Assembly: GCA_020137815.1 (NCBI GenBank)
Contig: CM035352.1
Span: 3,596,001-3,660,000, forward strand
DNA from: Hormiphora californensis
Taxonomy: Eukaryota > Animalia > Ctenophora
Length of the DNA: 64,000 bases
Direction: 5' to 3'
Positions within the stretch are counted from its first letter, which is position 1. Each line of letters opens with the position of its first letter. A program made the position numbers and the translations under genes. Positions 39,655 through 49,885 of this stretch are shown one piece after another. The notes beneath the pieces were generated by a model. It was not told the origin of the DNA. It worked only from the letters and a program-made list of their open reading frames with translations, and ran no database searches.

Positions 39655-42600
39655 ATGGTTCTCTTTTATCCTGCACTTTTTATTGTTGTCACCAGGGTAC
39701 TTTCTGGTGATGATCAGTGTCCAATATCAGTGGAGAATGGGTTTCTGGTGAGGTGTTGTGCATTCAACGAATCATCTTTTGCCCTTGGAGGCATCCCCAT
39801 GACATGTCTAAACTCAAGCGCTGTGTATTACAAGGTTTTTAAATACAACCGGTTCTCAAGAACCATGAAAGCCTATATAAATACCTTGTGCCCTTACGAT
39901 TCCATTGAGTATCAGGCTTGTGGAAATGTAGATTTTAAGACTTGGTCTGAGTCACAAGCCGCTCCAACAAAGCTCTTCCAAACGTCCCCCGTGTGCGGGA
40001 AGTTGTGTTATGAACGTGATATGGGCATGTACGGGTTTCACACGGCATCACAGACCTGCCCCAGTGCTCAAACCAGTATATTGTACAAAATACGTACTAA
40101 TGAGGGTGAGAGCTTGGAGATACGGATAAAGGAGGGAGGAATCTGTGACGGAGCTTGTGACGAAGTGGAGTTAGTGTCACCCATGGGTGACACAAATCCA
40201 GACGATTATTTAAATTGTGTAGATGAAAGTTCTTGTGATGGGTATAACTACGGTTTTGTAGCTAAGCAAGGCACCCTGTATGTCTTTGCCCCCTTCAATA
40301 GTGACTTGAGCTACAACTCTCCAACCTTCCAAAATGATGATATTAAAGCACTAGTAGCTAAGTATGGGTCATGTGTTAAGAAACAATATAACTTTCCCCT
40401 ATACAACGCCTCCCGTTGCTTCATACCTTACATAAATAAACCAGACACTTATAGGCCGGACTTACATACCACTGACATGATGCGTTATTGTGATGACGGC
40501 TATGATCAGACTAACTGTTCAGATCCAGCAAAGGTCGCCGGTTCATGCCTTATTGGCGGATATCTCTCTACAGTTTCCATTTACATTGTCTGCCATGAGA
40601 AGGGGAAATTGTGTGATGACGACAGTCACAAAATATGTCCCACATTGAACCGGTATTGTACCATTCATAAGCATCGGTTGTGTAATGGACAAAATGACTG
40701 TGCTATGGGGGCGGATGAACGGCAGGAGACTTGTTTAAAGCTCACCCAACGATCGTGTGTTCGCAGTTTCAGTCAAAATCAGGGGCTACTTAAGATTCCA
40801 GTGGACTGGGTCCAAGATGGAGTGGTAGACTGTCTTGATGGGGAAGATGAAGAGAACAACTGGGAAACATGCGGTAAAGGCATCAGAAAGACAATTAATT
40901 ATTCAAAAGATAAATGTAATAATGTCTTCCTTTGCAAACATAATGAGTCACAATTTTTAGAGGCCACCCTGTTATGCTCCTTCACCTCAAACTGTGACGA
41001 AGGAGTCTGTCTCATTGCTAAAAGTAGACCGCAAATAACCAGAAAATTGTTAGAAGTGAGAACGGGAGTAGGAAAAACCCTCAGGAGTGCAATTTGTGTG
41101 GGAGGACTTGAACATTTTCTCTTGCTAGCGGGTCAACTTTGTCGATCGGAAACTTTCAGCCATTCGTTTCATGAGTTCTTTGGGAAGAATTTTACAACTG
41201 ACTTAGTTGTTCCAACAAAGAAGCGTGATTGTAGGTACTTTTACGGGGAAGCATATGTGTTTTACAGCTGTTCAGGACTTTGCTACAACGCGCCGTGTCC
41301 CTTGAAAAGACCCGTCCTTCATAACACTTGTAGCAACCTCAGAAACACCTTTTATTCTCTCAACTTACAGCTTGGCTCAGTTACCATTCTACAAAAGTCT
41401 CGCGAACGGTTCCACAATAACTTCTTCGTTTGTAAAAACACTGACTGCATCCAGTTCGAGAAAGTGTGTGATCTTGTTGATGACTGTCTGGATAGATCCG
41501 ACGAAGAAGAATGTATAAATAGTTTTCAGTGCACCGATAAATCTGGTTTCCTCGCGTTGAGCCAGAAGTGCGATGGAAAGGTTGACTGCAAGGACCTATC
41601 TGATGAATGCAATGATAGTTGTAGAAGAAAAGCCGTAAAACACGAGGCTATTTTAGGAATTGCTTTTTGCATGGGAATTGCAGGAATAATCTTTGCAGTT
41701 GGTAGCATAATCAAAGGCTTTAAGAACATGCAGAAAGCAGAAAAGAGTGGCGAGTTCATCAATCAAAGCATGGTCTTGATGATTTCTTTAGGAGATCTAC
41801 TGACATCTGCGTATCTCCTAACTCTCACGTCAGTTCACTGGATCCACGGTTTGGGATTTTGTGAATATCAGTTTGAATGGATAAGTGGAGCCCCTTGTAC
41901 TGTAATTGGGGTTTTGAATAGCGTTGGATCATCTACTTCTTCCCTTGTGATGGCCTTGGTTAGCTGCTTCCGACTCCGTGGTACCGTAATGGCCCTTCGA
42001 TACCGCCGTTCAGATGAGGTTACCCGGAAGCTAAAGGTTAAAGTAGGCTTACTACTCGGAGGAGTCGTACTAATATCTCTGACAGCGTCGGTTATCCCAT
42101 TGATAGATGCTCTTGATGATTGGTTTGTCAATGGACTTGTATTTGATAAGGGTATCAAACTGTTTCTTGGAGTGATTGGCAAAAGTCAACTGCTGAAGAT
42201 TGTGCGGGGTTACCTTGGAAGCCACGAAACCCGACAAAGTCAGTCAGGCAACGCTGTGTCTTGGAACACATTCCAAGAAATGATTTCTGAGATGTTTTCC
42301 CAGGATTATGATCCGGTCAGGGGCAAAAAACTGTCCTTTTACGGTAACGACCCAGTGTGCATGTTTAAGGCATTTGTCCTTGTGAATGATCCCCAGGTAA
42401 TTTACGTTTGGGCTTTCCATATCTTGTATTTTCTCTGCTTTGTATGCGTTACGGTATGCCACGTGGTGATAGCAGTTCTCGCCAACAAGTCCCTTATCAA
42501 AAGTACCACAAGGTCTAATTCGCTCAGCCACAAAGTCTCTTTGATCTGCCTAACTGATTGCTGTTGCTGGGTTCCCTTCCTAATATGCTGTGCCCTCCAT

Positions 42601-43872
42601 ACGGCCGAGGTTGTGGACATGTCACCGTGGTACCAGGTCTTCTCCCTAAACATTCTCCCCCTCAACTCGGTTCTTAATCCTGTTTTGTACAATGATATTT
42701 TTACATCAGTTTGGAATTACTTGAAAAAACCCCCTACTACTAACGCTAATGCTGTCCCTGCTCACGAAGCCACTCCTGGTACCAATCCTTGTATCACTCC
42801 TTGCATCACTCCTGAAGCCGACCCTGAAGCCACTCCTGGTACCACTCATGAAGCCGACCCTGAAGCTACTCCGGAAGCCACTCTGGAAGCCAGTCCTGAA
42901 GCCACTCCGGAAGCCACTCCTGAAGCCACTCCTAAAGCCACTCCTGGTACCACTCATGGGGCCGACCCTGAAGTGACTCCTGAAGCCACTCTGGAAGCCA
43001 CTCCGGAAGCCACTCTGGAAGCCGCTCCTGAAGCCGACCCTGAAGCCACTCTTGGCACCACTCATGTAGCCGACCCTGAAGCTACTCCGGAAGCCACTCC
43101 TGAAGCCACTCCGGAAGCCACTCCTGAAGCCACTCCTGAAGTCACTCCTGGTACCACTCATGGGGCCGACCCTGAAGTGACTCCTGAAGCCACTCTGGAA
43201 GCCACTCCGGAAGCCACTCTGGAAGCCGCTCCGGAAGCCGCTCCGGAAGCCACTCCGGAAGCCACTCCTGAAGCCACTCCTGAAGCCACTCCTGGTACCA
43301 CTCATGGGGCCGACCCTGAAGTGACTCCTGAAGCCACTCCTGGTACCACTCATCGGGCCGACCCTGAAGCCACTCCAGAAGCCACTCCTACGTCCGCCCT
43401 TGAAGCCACTCCTGAAGCCACTCATGTAGACGACCCTGAAGCTACTCCGGAAGCCACTCCGGAAGCCACTCCTGAAGCCACTCCGGAAGCCACTCCTGAA
43501 GCCACTCCTGAAGCCACTCCTGGTACCACTCATGGGGCCGACCCTGAAGTGACTCCTGAAGCCACTCTGGAAGCCACTCCGGAAGCCACTCTGGAAGCCG
43601 CTCCGGAAGCCACTCCGAAAGCCACTCCTGAAGCCACTCCTGGTACCACTCATGGGGCCGACCCTGAAGTGACTCCTGAAGCCACTCCTGAAGCCACTCC
43701 TGGTACCACTCATGGGGCCGACCCTGAAGCCACTCCAGAAGCCACTCCTACGTCCGCCCTTGAAGCCACTCCTGAAGCCACTCATGGGGCCGACCCTGAA
43801 GTGACTCCAGAAGCCACTCCAGAAGCCACTCCTAATACAGCTCCTGAACCTGCTGAACAGCAAATCAACTGA
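39655..43872 (+). CDS. Single-exon LDLa-repeat class A GPCR (GRL101/LGR-like) with a long C-terminal PEAT repeat, 1405 aa
   Basis: Signal peptide; LDLa motifs (CNGQNDCAMGADE, DGVVDCLDGEDE, CDLVDDCLDRSDE, CDGKVDCKDLSDE); 7TM with SLGDLL, TDCCCWVP and LPLNSVLNPVLY; EATP repeats at ~42760-43835. Confidence 0.95.
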   Translation: MVLFYPALFIVVTRVLSGDDQCPISVENGFLVRCCAFNESSFALGGIPMTCLNSSAVYYKVFKYNRFSRTMKAYINTLCPYDSIEYQACGNVDFKTWSESQAAPTKLFQTSPVCGKLCYERDMGMYGFHTASQTCPSAQTSILYKIRTNEGESLEIRIKEGGICDGACDEVELVSPMGDTNPDDYLNCVDESSCDGYNYGFVAKQGTLYVFAPFNSDLSYNSPTFQNDDIKALVAKYGSCVKKQYNFPLYNASRCFIPYINKPDTYRPDLHTTDMMRYCDDGYDQTNCSDPAKVAGSCLIGGYLSTVSIYIVCHEKGKLCDDDSHKICPTLNRYCTIHKHRLCNGQNDCAMGADERQETCLKLTQRSCVRSFSQNQGLLKIPVDWVQDGVVDCLDGEDEENNWETCGKGIRKTINYSKDKCNNVFLCKHNESQFLEATLLCSFTSNCDEGVCLIAKSRPQITRKLLEVRTGVGKTLRSAICVGGLEHFLLLAGQLCRSETFSHSFHEFFGKNFTTDLVVPTKKRDCRYFYGEAYVFYSCSGLCYNAPCPLKRPVLHNTCSNLRNTFYSLNLQLGSVTILQKSRERFHNNFFVCKNTDCIQFEKVCDLVDDCLDRSDEEECINSFQCTDKSGFLALSQKCDGKVDCKDLSDECNDSCRRKAVKHEAILGIAFCMGIAGIIFAVGSIIKGFKNMQKAEKSGEFINQSMVLMISLGDLLTSAYLLTLTSVHWIHGLGFCEYQFEWISGAPCTVIGVLNSVGSSTSSLVMALVSCFRLRGTVMALRYRRSDEVTRKLKVKVGLLLGGVVLISLTASVIPLIDALDDWFVNGLVFDKGIKLFLGVIGKSQLLKIVRGYLGSHETRQSQSGNAVSWNTFQEMISEMFSQDYDPVRGKKLSFYGNDPVCMFKAFVLVNDPQVIYVWAFHILYFLCFVCVTVCHVVIAVLANKSLIKSTTRSNSLSHKVSLICLTDCCCWVPFLICCALHTAEVVDMSPWYQVFSLNILPLNSVLNPVLYNDIFTSVWNYLKKPPTTNANAVPAHEATPGTNPCITPCITPEADPEATPGTTHEADPEATPEATLEASPEATPEATPEATPKATPGTTHGADPEVTPEATLEATPEATLEAAPEADPEATLGTTHVADPEATPEATPEATPEATPEATPEVTPGTTHGADPEVTPEATLEATPEATLEAAPEAAPEATPEATPEATPEATPGTTHGADPEVTPEATPGTTHRADPEATPEATPTSALEATPEATHVDDPEATPEATPEATPEATPEATPEATPEATPGTTHGADPEVTPEATLEATPEATLEAAPEATPKATPEATPGTTHGADPEVTPEATPEATPGTTHGADPEATPEATPTSALEATPEATHGADPEVTPEATPEATPNTAPEPAEQQIN
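42760..43835 (+). repeat. Coding 12-bp minisatellite (GAAGCCACTCCT) with higher-order GTTHGADP units
   Basis: Directly visible; frame preserved throughout. Confidence 0.95.
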
Positions 43873-45429
43873 GAAGATTGTGTAGTCGGTACATGCTGGT
43901 GTGAACTTATAATGTGTGGCACGCAGTGACTTTATTGTAATGGAGATGATGAGCTCATTGAGCACTGCAGGCGTACAGGGTAGACAGTACAAGGCTAGCT
44001 GCAAACTACAAGCTGCATTCAAGACTGTGTTGTGTTTTACGTGATTGCATTTTACAGTAAACTCTTGATTTGCTGGGTTCAATTTCTTGTCTCTCAACCT
44101 GTCAGGGCTTTCCCAAATTTTAAAATCATCATCATAATATACAAATTGTTTACCAAACTCTTGTCTTCCATGATCCTGTCTCACCGCGGGTTTGAACAAA
44201 TCAAGCCAACTGGTTCCCCCGTTCACAAGTCCGGTAAATCAAGGGTTTACTGCATACCCTTGATTTACCGGATGACGTCTCTATGTTGTGCTTGAAATTC
44301 AGAGTTAACTAGGAACGTGCATGCTCGTGCAAGCTTCAAACACAAGTTAGAAGCATAGGGCCTTCACTAAAGTGTTCCTTGGATCAATAAATAAATAAAA
44401 GAAGCAAGATGGTGAAGGTTGTTATAAAATGATAATGATAGTGATTTGTGACTGAGGGTCTGTTTAACGTACTATCAAAACTACCTGTATACGGGGTGTT
44501 CAAGAGATCGGTGCAACGTACTGCAGAATATAGCGATAAAACAAAAACTAATGGCAGAGGGACCGTAACTGATATTTACAGACATATACTGACTGATAGC
44601 CCAGTGAGCATAGAGGTGAGAAACATGAGGAATGAGAAATGCCCTGTAAACGAGGGTGTTAAGGATGAAGCCACTAGGCCAGAGAGCCGTATTATTGATT
44701 ATGCATAATTGATTACACCCAATTATGAGGACAATTGATTGTGAGGACGGTGTTAATTTGGCAGGCTATTGCTATTGAAGATTTATATTTTGATGAGTAC
44801 AACAAGGTTCATGCTTCTAACTTGTGTTTGAAGCTTGCACGTGCATGCGCTTTCCTAGTTAACTCTGAATTTTAAACGCATCATAGAGACGTCATCTTTT
44901 CACCAAAATTCTAATTGGACACCAAGGAATGTTATACACAATTTATTTAGATGTTATTCCAAATTTCGTTTTCGTGCACCTCTCACTTTAATGACTTCAG
45001 CAAGCAAATAAATCTACAAGCGCCGCCCAGCAAATCGCGGTAATATCGTCCTAAGAATCTTAGGACAGTATTACCGCGATTATCAGTCATTTATCGTCCT
45101 AAGATACGTGACTGATAACTGAAAAAGTACTTGATTTGTTCTCTAGAGAGGTCTGAAATGGCCTTTAGAGGTCTAGCCTCGCACTTGCCCCGCCAGCATC
45201 GATCTACTAGCACCCGGGGGACTGCCATAACATGTAAATTTGTAGCAGACAAATTAGCATGCTTGATGCCTGATATTCACATAAATCAACCTCTCTAAAC
45301 GGGTGAATCATCATTTCTCTACTTCTTGCTTGACCCTGAACAAAATAAATTCGGCCCCTTTCTGTTTTGAACTCTATTTGCTGTTTTTACCGAAAATTTT
45401 TCGCAACTTGTCCGCCCTTATCCCCCGCC

Positions 45430-46185
45430 ATGACGGATCTAAAAGTGATTGGAGCTGGACTCGGTCGAACTGGAACTACCTCCCTCAAATCCGCACTGGA
45501 TATCCTGGGTCTTGGTCCCTGTCACCACATGAGTGAGGCGATGGAGCAGCCACCGGAGATTGTTAAGTTGTGGCAGCGAGTTGCAAATGGAGAGGTTGAC
45601 TACCTAGAGACAATATTTAGTGGTTACACCTCGACCCTTGATTACCCTGGGTGTCTATTTTTCGAACAATTCCTCTCTCTAAGCCCCTCAGGGAAGGTGA
45701 TATTGACCCTACGAGATACACCAGAACAATGGGCTGTCTCTGCTGGACGGACCATTTTCTCCCGATCCCTTGGTCGTCGTTTCATCACCTCCCTCCTCTT
45801 CTCCCGACCCTTCAACAACCTCTACTACCTGCAGCATATCCAGGAGCTGGCGAGGGAGAAGCACGGTAGGGACCCGTTCGGGGGAGGGTGTAATCTGGCC
45901 CTGTTGTACCGAGAATGGGAGGAACACGTGAGATCTACCGTTCCGGAAGATAAACTGCTAGTTTACAATGTTAGGGAAGGGTGGAAGCCGCTGTGCCAGT
46001 TCCTGGGAGTACCAATACCCGATGTACCCTTTCCAAACAAGAACTCTGCGAAGGGATACTCCAATACCAACCATTTCACGTCCAGTCAGAAGACGGTAAA
46101 GAAGGTGGTTATGTTGGTGGTTCTAGTTTTGATTCTGGCTGTGATTCTCGCACTTCTTCTTCTACATTATCTGGGATACTTTTAG
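45430..46185 (+). CDS. Intronless P-loop sulfotransferase-family protein (Sulfotransfer_4 type) with a C-terminal membrane anchor
   Basis: LKVIGAGLGRTGTTSLKSALDILG.GPCHHM, KVILTLRD...W, VPEDKLLVYNVREGWKPLCQFLG.PIPDVPFP.KN; hydrophobic tail; ATG in CCGCCATGA context. Confidence 0.92.
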   Translation: MTDLKVIGAGLGRTGTTSLKSALDILGLGPCHHMSEAMEQPPEIVKLWQRVANGEVDYLETIFSGYTSTLDYPGCLFFEQFLSLSPSGKVILTLRDTPEQWAVSAGRTIFSRSLGRRFITSLLFSRPFNNLYYLQHIQELAREKHGRDPFGGGCNLALLYREWEEHVRSTVPEDKLLVYNVREGWKPLCQFLGVPIPDVPFPNKNSAKGYSNTNHFTSSQKTVKKVVMLVVLVLILAVILALLLLHYLGYF

Positions 46186-46723
46186 AAATAAGCTGGAGTA
46201 ATATTGAACACTTTGTGAAGTACCTGCATCTTTCCATTTCTATTTCTACGTTGTTGAGTGAGGGGTGGGACCCCTTACTCAACAACTTAACTATGATGCT
46301 CCGATATACTAGGTAGGTCCGATATACTAGGTAGGTCCCCAGAATATATGTTCTTTCAAGATCGTGAATTATTGAAATTCGTGCGTGACATGTCAGAACA
46401 ATTGCATGGAATGCAATGTTAATGAGCTCTCGAGTTTAAAAGGATGCTAAAAATATATTATATGAATGATTTTGTTAATTTTGAAGTCAAAACTGACATT
46501 GACAAGTAAGATTCGATTTGAGATTTTCTTGGTAAATCTAAAAATATGACACTCCATAAAGCATCTTGAATTATTCCAATTTCTAGTTTATTTTATTTTC
46601 CGATTTCGGAATTCTGCAGGAATCCAAACTATATCCATGTCTCCTTCATCATAAGATATTTCCCTGTCCAAAACTTGTGATGTACTTTGCAGACTCTAGG
46701 TAACCATGGTAACCACTGCATGG

Positions 46724-47074
46724 TTAACCCATGAGATAGAGAGCTCGTTGACCGGGCGCTACACAAAGTTCCCTCGACCGAACTATGTAACCGTCCCTAA
46801 ACCACTCCGTTCCAAGATGTGTTAGCAGGGCAGATGGCGATTCCCATTCCTCTATAAACCAAAAAATATCCTCTTTCTCGTAGTCGCGGTTCGCACTAAA
46901 TCGGATAACTCCCGGTTCTTGAAGGGAGGTAGTCAAATGCTCCGATACGAGGTCCTTGAACGCTTCTATCTTGGTAGGGTCAACGTAGATTTTCACAGTT
47001 AACCCCACCTTTCCGGTGTAAGTGGTGGATTTAAGCCAGCCTACCACGTCTGAGATGTTTTCCATCACGGACAT
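46724..47074 (-). CDS. Intronless antibiotic-biosynthesis monooxygenase (ABM, LsrG/YgiN-like) protein, 116 aa
   Basis: VKIYVDP.KIEAF...SLQEPGVIRF......DIFWFIEEWESPSALLTHL matches the ABM EPG / E.W.S...H pattern. Confidence 0.85.
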   Translation of the reverse strand: MSVMENISDVVGWLKSTTYTGKVGLTVKIYVDPTKIEAFKDLVSEHLTTSLQEPGVIRFSANRDYEKEDIFWFIEEWESPSALLTHLGTEWFRDGYIVRSRELCVAPGQRALYLMG

Positions 47075-48239
47075 GACTAGAGAGAGGAATGAGTGAAATT
47101 AGTAATTCCGGGAGAATGGAAGAAGGGGGACCATGAACCTATATCTGAGCACACTGTCAGGTTATGAAGCAATCAAACCAGGGATAGACATGCCAAACAC
47201 ATGAAAAAGTACACACTGCCAAGCAAAAATCGGCAAATGCAATGTATGGAAAAGTGTAACATGAGAAACTCCTACACAGGCCACAAATCAAACTCGCACT
47301 AAATATCGTTGTGCAGCCTGCCGTGGTGAAATCTAATTTCCAACTCATTATCCTTCCTAGTAGATTTTACCATAACAGCCACACGTCAAATATATATTCA
47401 TCATTCGTATTACCGGGCACCCCTTACAAACAACTTGATTATTTTCTTGTGATGTATCCTAACCTAGGACAGCTAAAACAGGCTCCTTGTTGCGTAAGGG
47501 GTGGGACAACAAGCTCCTGTTCGTTATAGAGAGTATGCATTGCCGAAATATCGTGATTTATCGAAATTCGTGCATGACATGTCAAAACTTGCATTCCAAT
47601 GAACTCGCATTTAAGCTTCATGTTATTTAAATAGTTTTGTTAATTTAATGTCAAAACTGACAAGTACGTAAGAATAAGACTAAATGGTGCATTCAACTTC
47701 ATGCCCCTCTGTTCACCAACCCCCCCCCCCTTGATCACAAACCTGAGTAGGTAGTTGTGGAGGTGGATGTGAATTTTCCAGCCAGCTGGGGTGCCAGGGT
47801 GAACGGTTTAAGACAGGAATTATGGCGGGGGTCCTCCTTTTCTAGTCTGTATCAGATGAATAGGGTCAAATTATTGAATAACAAAGGAGGACTCAGTCCG
47901 AAACTATGCCACGGTTGAAACTCTCGAAGGATCAGTTATTTACCTGCCTTGCTCGAACCTATCTCACCGTGCCCCGCATAATATAAAGGATTTGAACGAA
48001 ACAATTATTTACCTGATTGATGGAACTTTAGACCAATGAATGGGCAATTTAGGCAGTTTCAGCCTAAACGGTATGGGCTTCCTGCTGCGATGGTTTATCA
48101 TGTCCTATCGACTGTGTGTGTGTACCACAATACTTGAACAAAGCACAAAATGAAAAATCTATAAAAAGATGAATCAGAAGGTGCGCCAGATCCACAATAG
48201 AATATGATAACGAGAGAGAGAGGGGAGAGAGAGAGAGAG

Positions 48240-48317
<78 letters not shown>

Positions 48318-48697
48318 GATAGAGAAAGAGAGAGAGAGAAAGAGAGAGAGAGAGATAGAGAGGGACTGCTCACAAAAAGATGTGGTCAATTGCAAAATGA
48401 TAGGTTACACCTTACCAACAATTCTAATGCCCCCTGCTGAGAAGCTCACAGATTGCAGCTAGTAGCTCTCCCCCATCACAACCTGCAGACAATTGGAGCT
48501 TTACTATCGGTCGAATTGATCCAATCACTGATCAATGATAATAATAATATTATCTTCCTGTATGAGAGCACTGTCGCTTTTGAGAATTAAGACGGGCCGG
48601 GGTCTGACAGTTATCTTCTGAGGCCTGAGATTATCAGGACCTGAGATTCTCAGGATCTCAGAATCTGAGAATGTGTTTTGGTTGGTAATGGTATTTA

Positions 48698-48995
48698 GGG
48701 GTGTTTTGGTTGGTATGTGGGGGTGTTTTGGTTGGTATGTGGGGGTGTTTTGGTTGGTATGTGGGGGTGTTTTGGTTGGTATGTGGGGGTGTTTTGGTTG
48801 GTATGTGGGGGTGTTTTGGTTGGTATGTGGGGGTGTTTTGGTTGGTATGTGGGGGTGTTTTGGTTGGTATGTGGGGGTGTTTTGGTTGGTATGTGGGGGT
48901 GTTTTGGTTGGTATGTGGGGGTGTTTTGGTTGGTATGTGGGGGTGTTTTGGTTGGTATGTGGGGGTGTTTTGGTTGGTATGTGGGGGTGTTTTGG
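48698..48995. repeat. 22-bp G/T-rich minisatellite (GGGGGTGTTTTGGTTGGTATGT), ~13 copies
   Basis: Directly visible; accounts for the ORFs at 48658-49212. Confidence 0.95.
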
Positions 48996-49885
48996 CTATG
49001 TATGTTAGTGTTATACTGGGCGGGGGTATTATTTTTCGATCGTTTGACCCAACAATTGTTGCGTCTAACTGAGTGTGTATTGTTTGTCTTTCAGCCCACT
49101 GGTGTGTGTAGTATCTCAGTAGCCACTCTGTTTTTGTCAGTGTTGTTCCAGTTATCATTATGAATGTCAATGGTATGTAAAAATGGTTGTTGAGTAATTG
49201 ATAACTCAACACGAAAATGGAATATCGTATTCTATACCACCTCCCATTTTCTTGTTGTTGTGTAGACTAAAGTATTGGTAATGAACAGCTTTTAATGTAC
49301 CCAATAAAATATGAGAGCACACTTGAAAAAACAAGTCTTCTCGTGTTCTTATTTCTGATAAACTTGGTTTTTAATTAATTTCACTACATTGTAGCTGTCC
49401 TAGGGTCTGGGATTCTACATAGTTAAGCCCACATATCAAATACTATAATTCCCATCACCCTCTTTGTACAACATTATCTCACCTAGTAGTCAGGGCATAT
49501 GATGACAAAATGAGGGCATAATTGTTATCAAGCTGATTCCACTTCTAGTAGACTCTAATAGGTCCCTAGAAACACCAAAAAAATGTATAGGATCACACAC
49601 ACATATATATACCAGGCCATGTGGCATGTACTGCTCTGACCTCGATTCACACAGTGTACCATTATCTCCTTGTGCTCATGTACATTTTCCTTGCATTGCT
49701 CGACCCTCTTTCTCTCTCATGTCCCTTCTATCTGTTAATGTGTTGACTCTCTGATATCACAAGTTTCTACAGGCATATATCTAAAACTTGAATAAGTACT
49801 GCAGACCCACAATTAATAATTTTGTAATTGTAATCCAACCTCCGCAGCTATAATTATTGTATTTGACCCACCCTCTCCTAACCAG

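Noticed and set aside
42706-44226. 506-aa antisense ORF rich in RSGF
   Set aside because: It is the mirror of the 12-bp coding repeat of the GPCR and is stop-free only because of the repeat.
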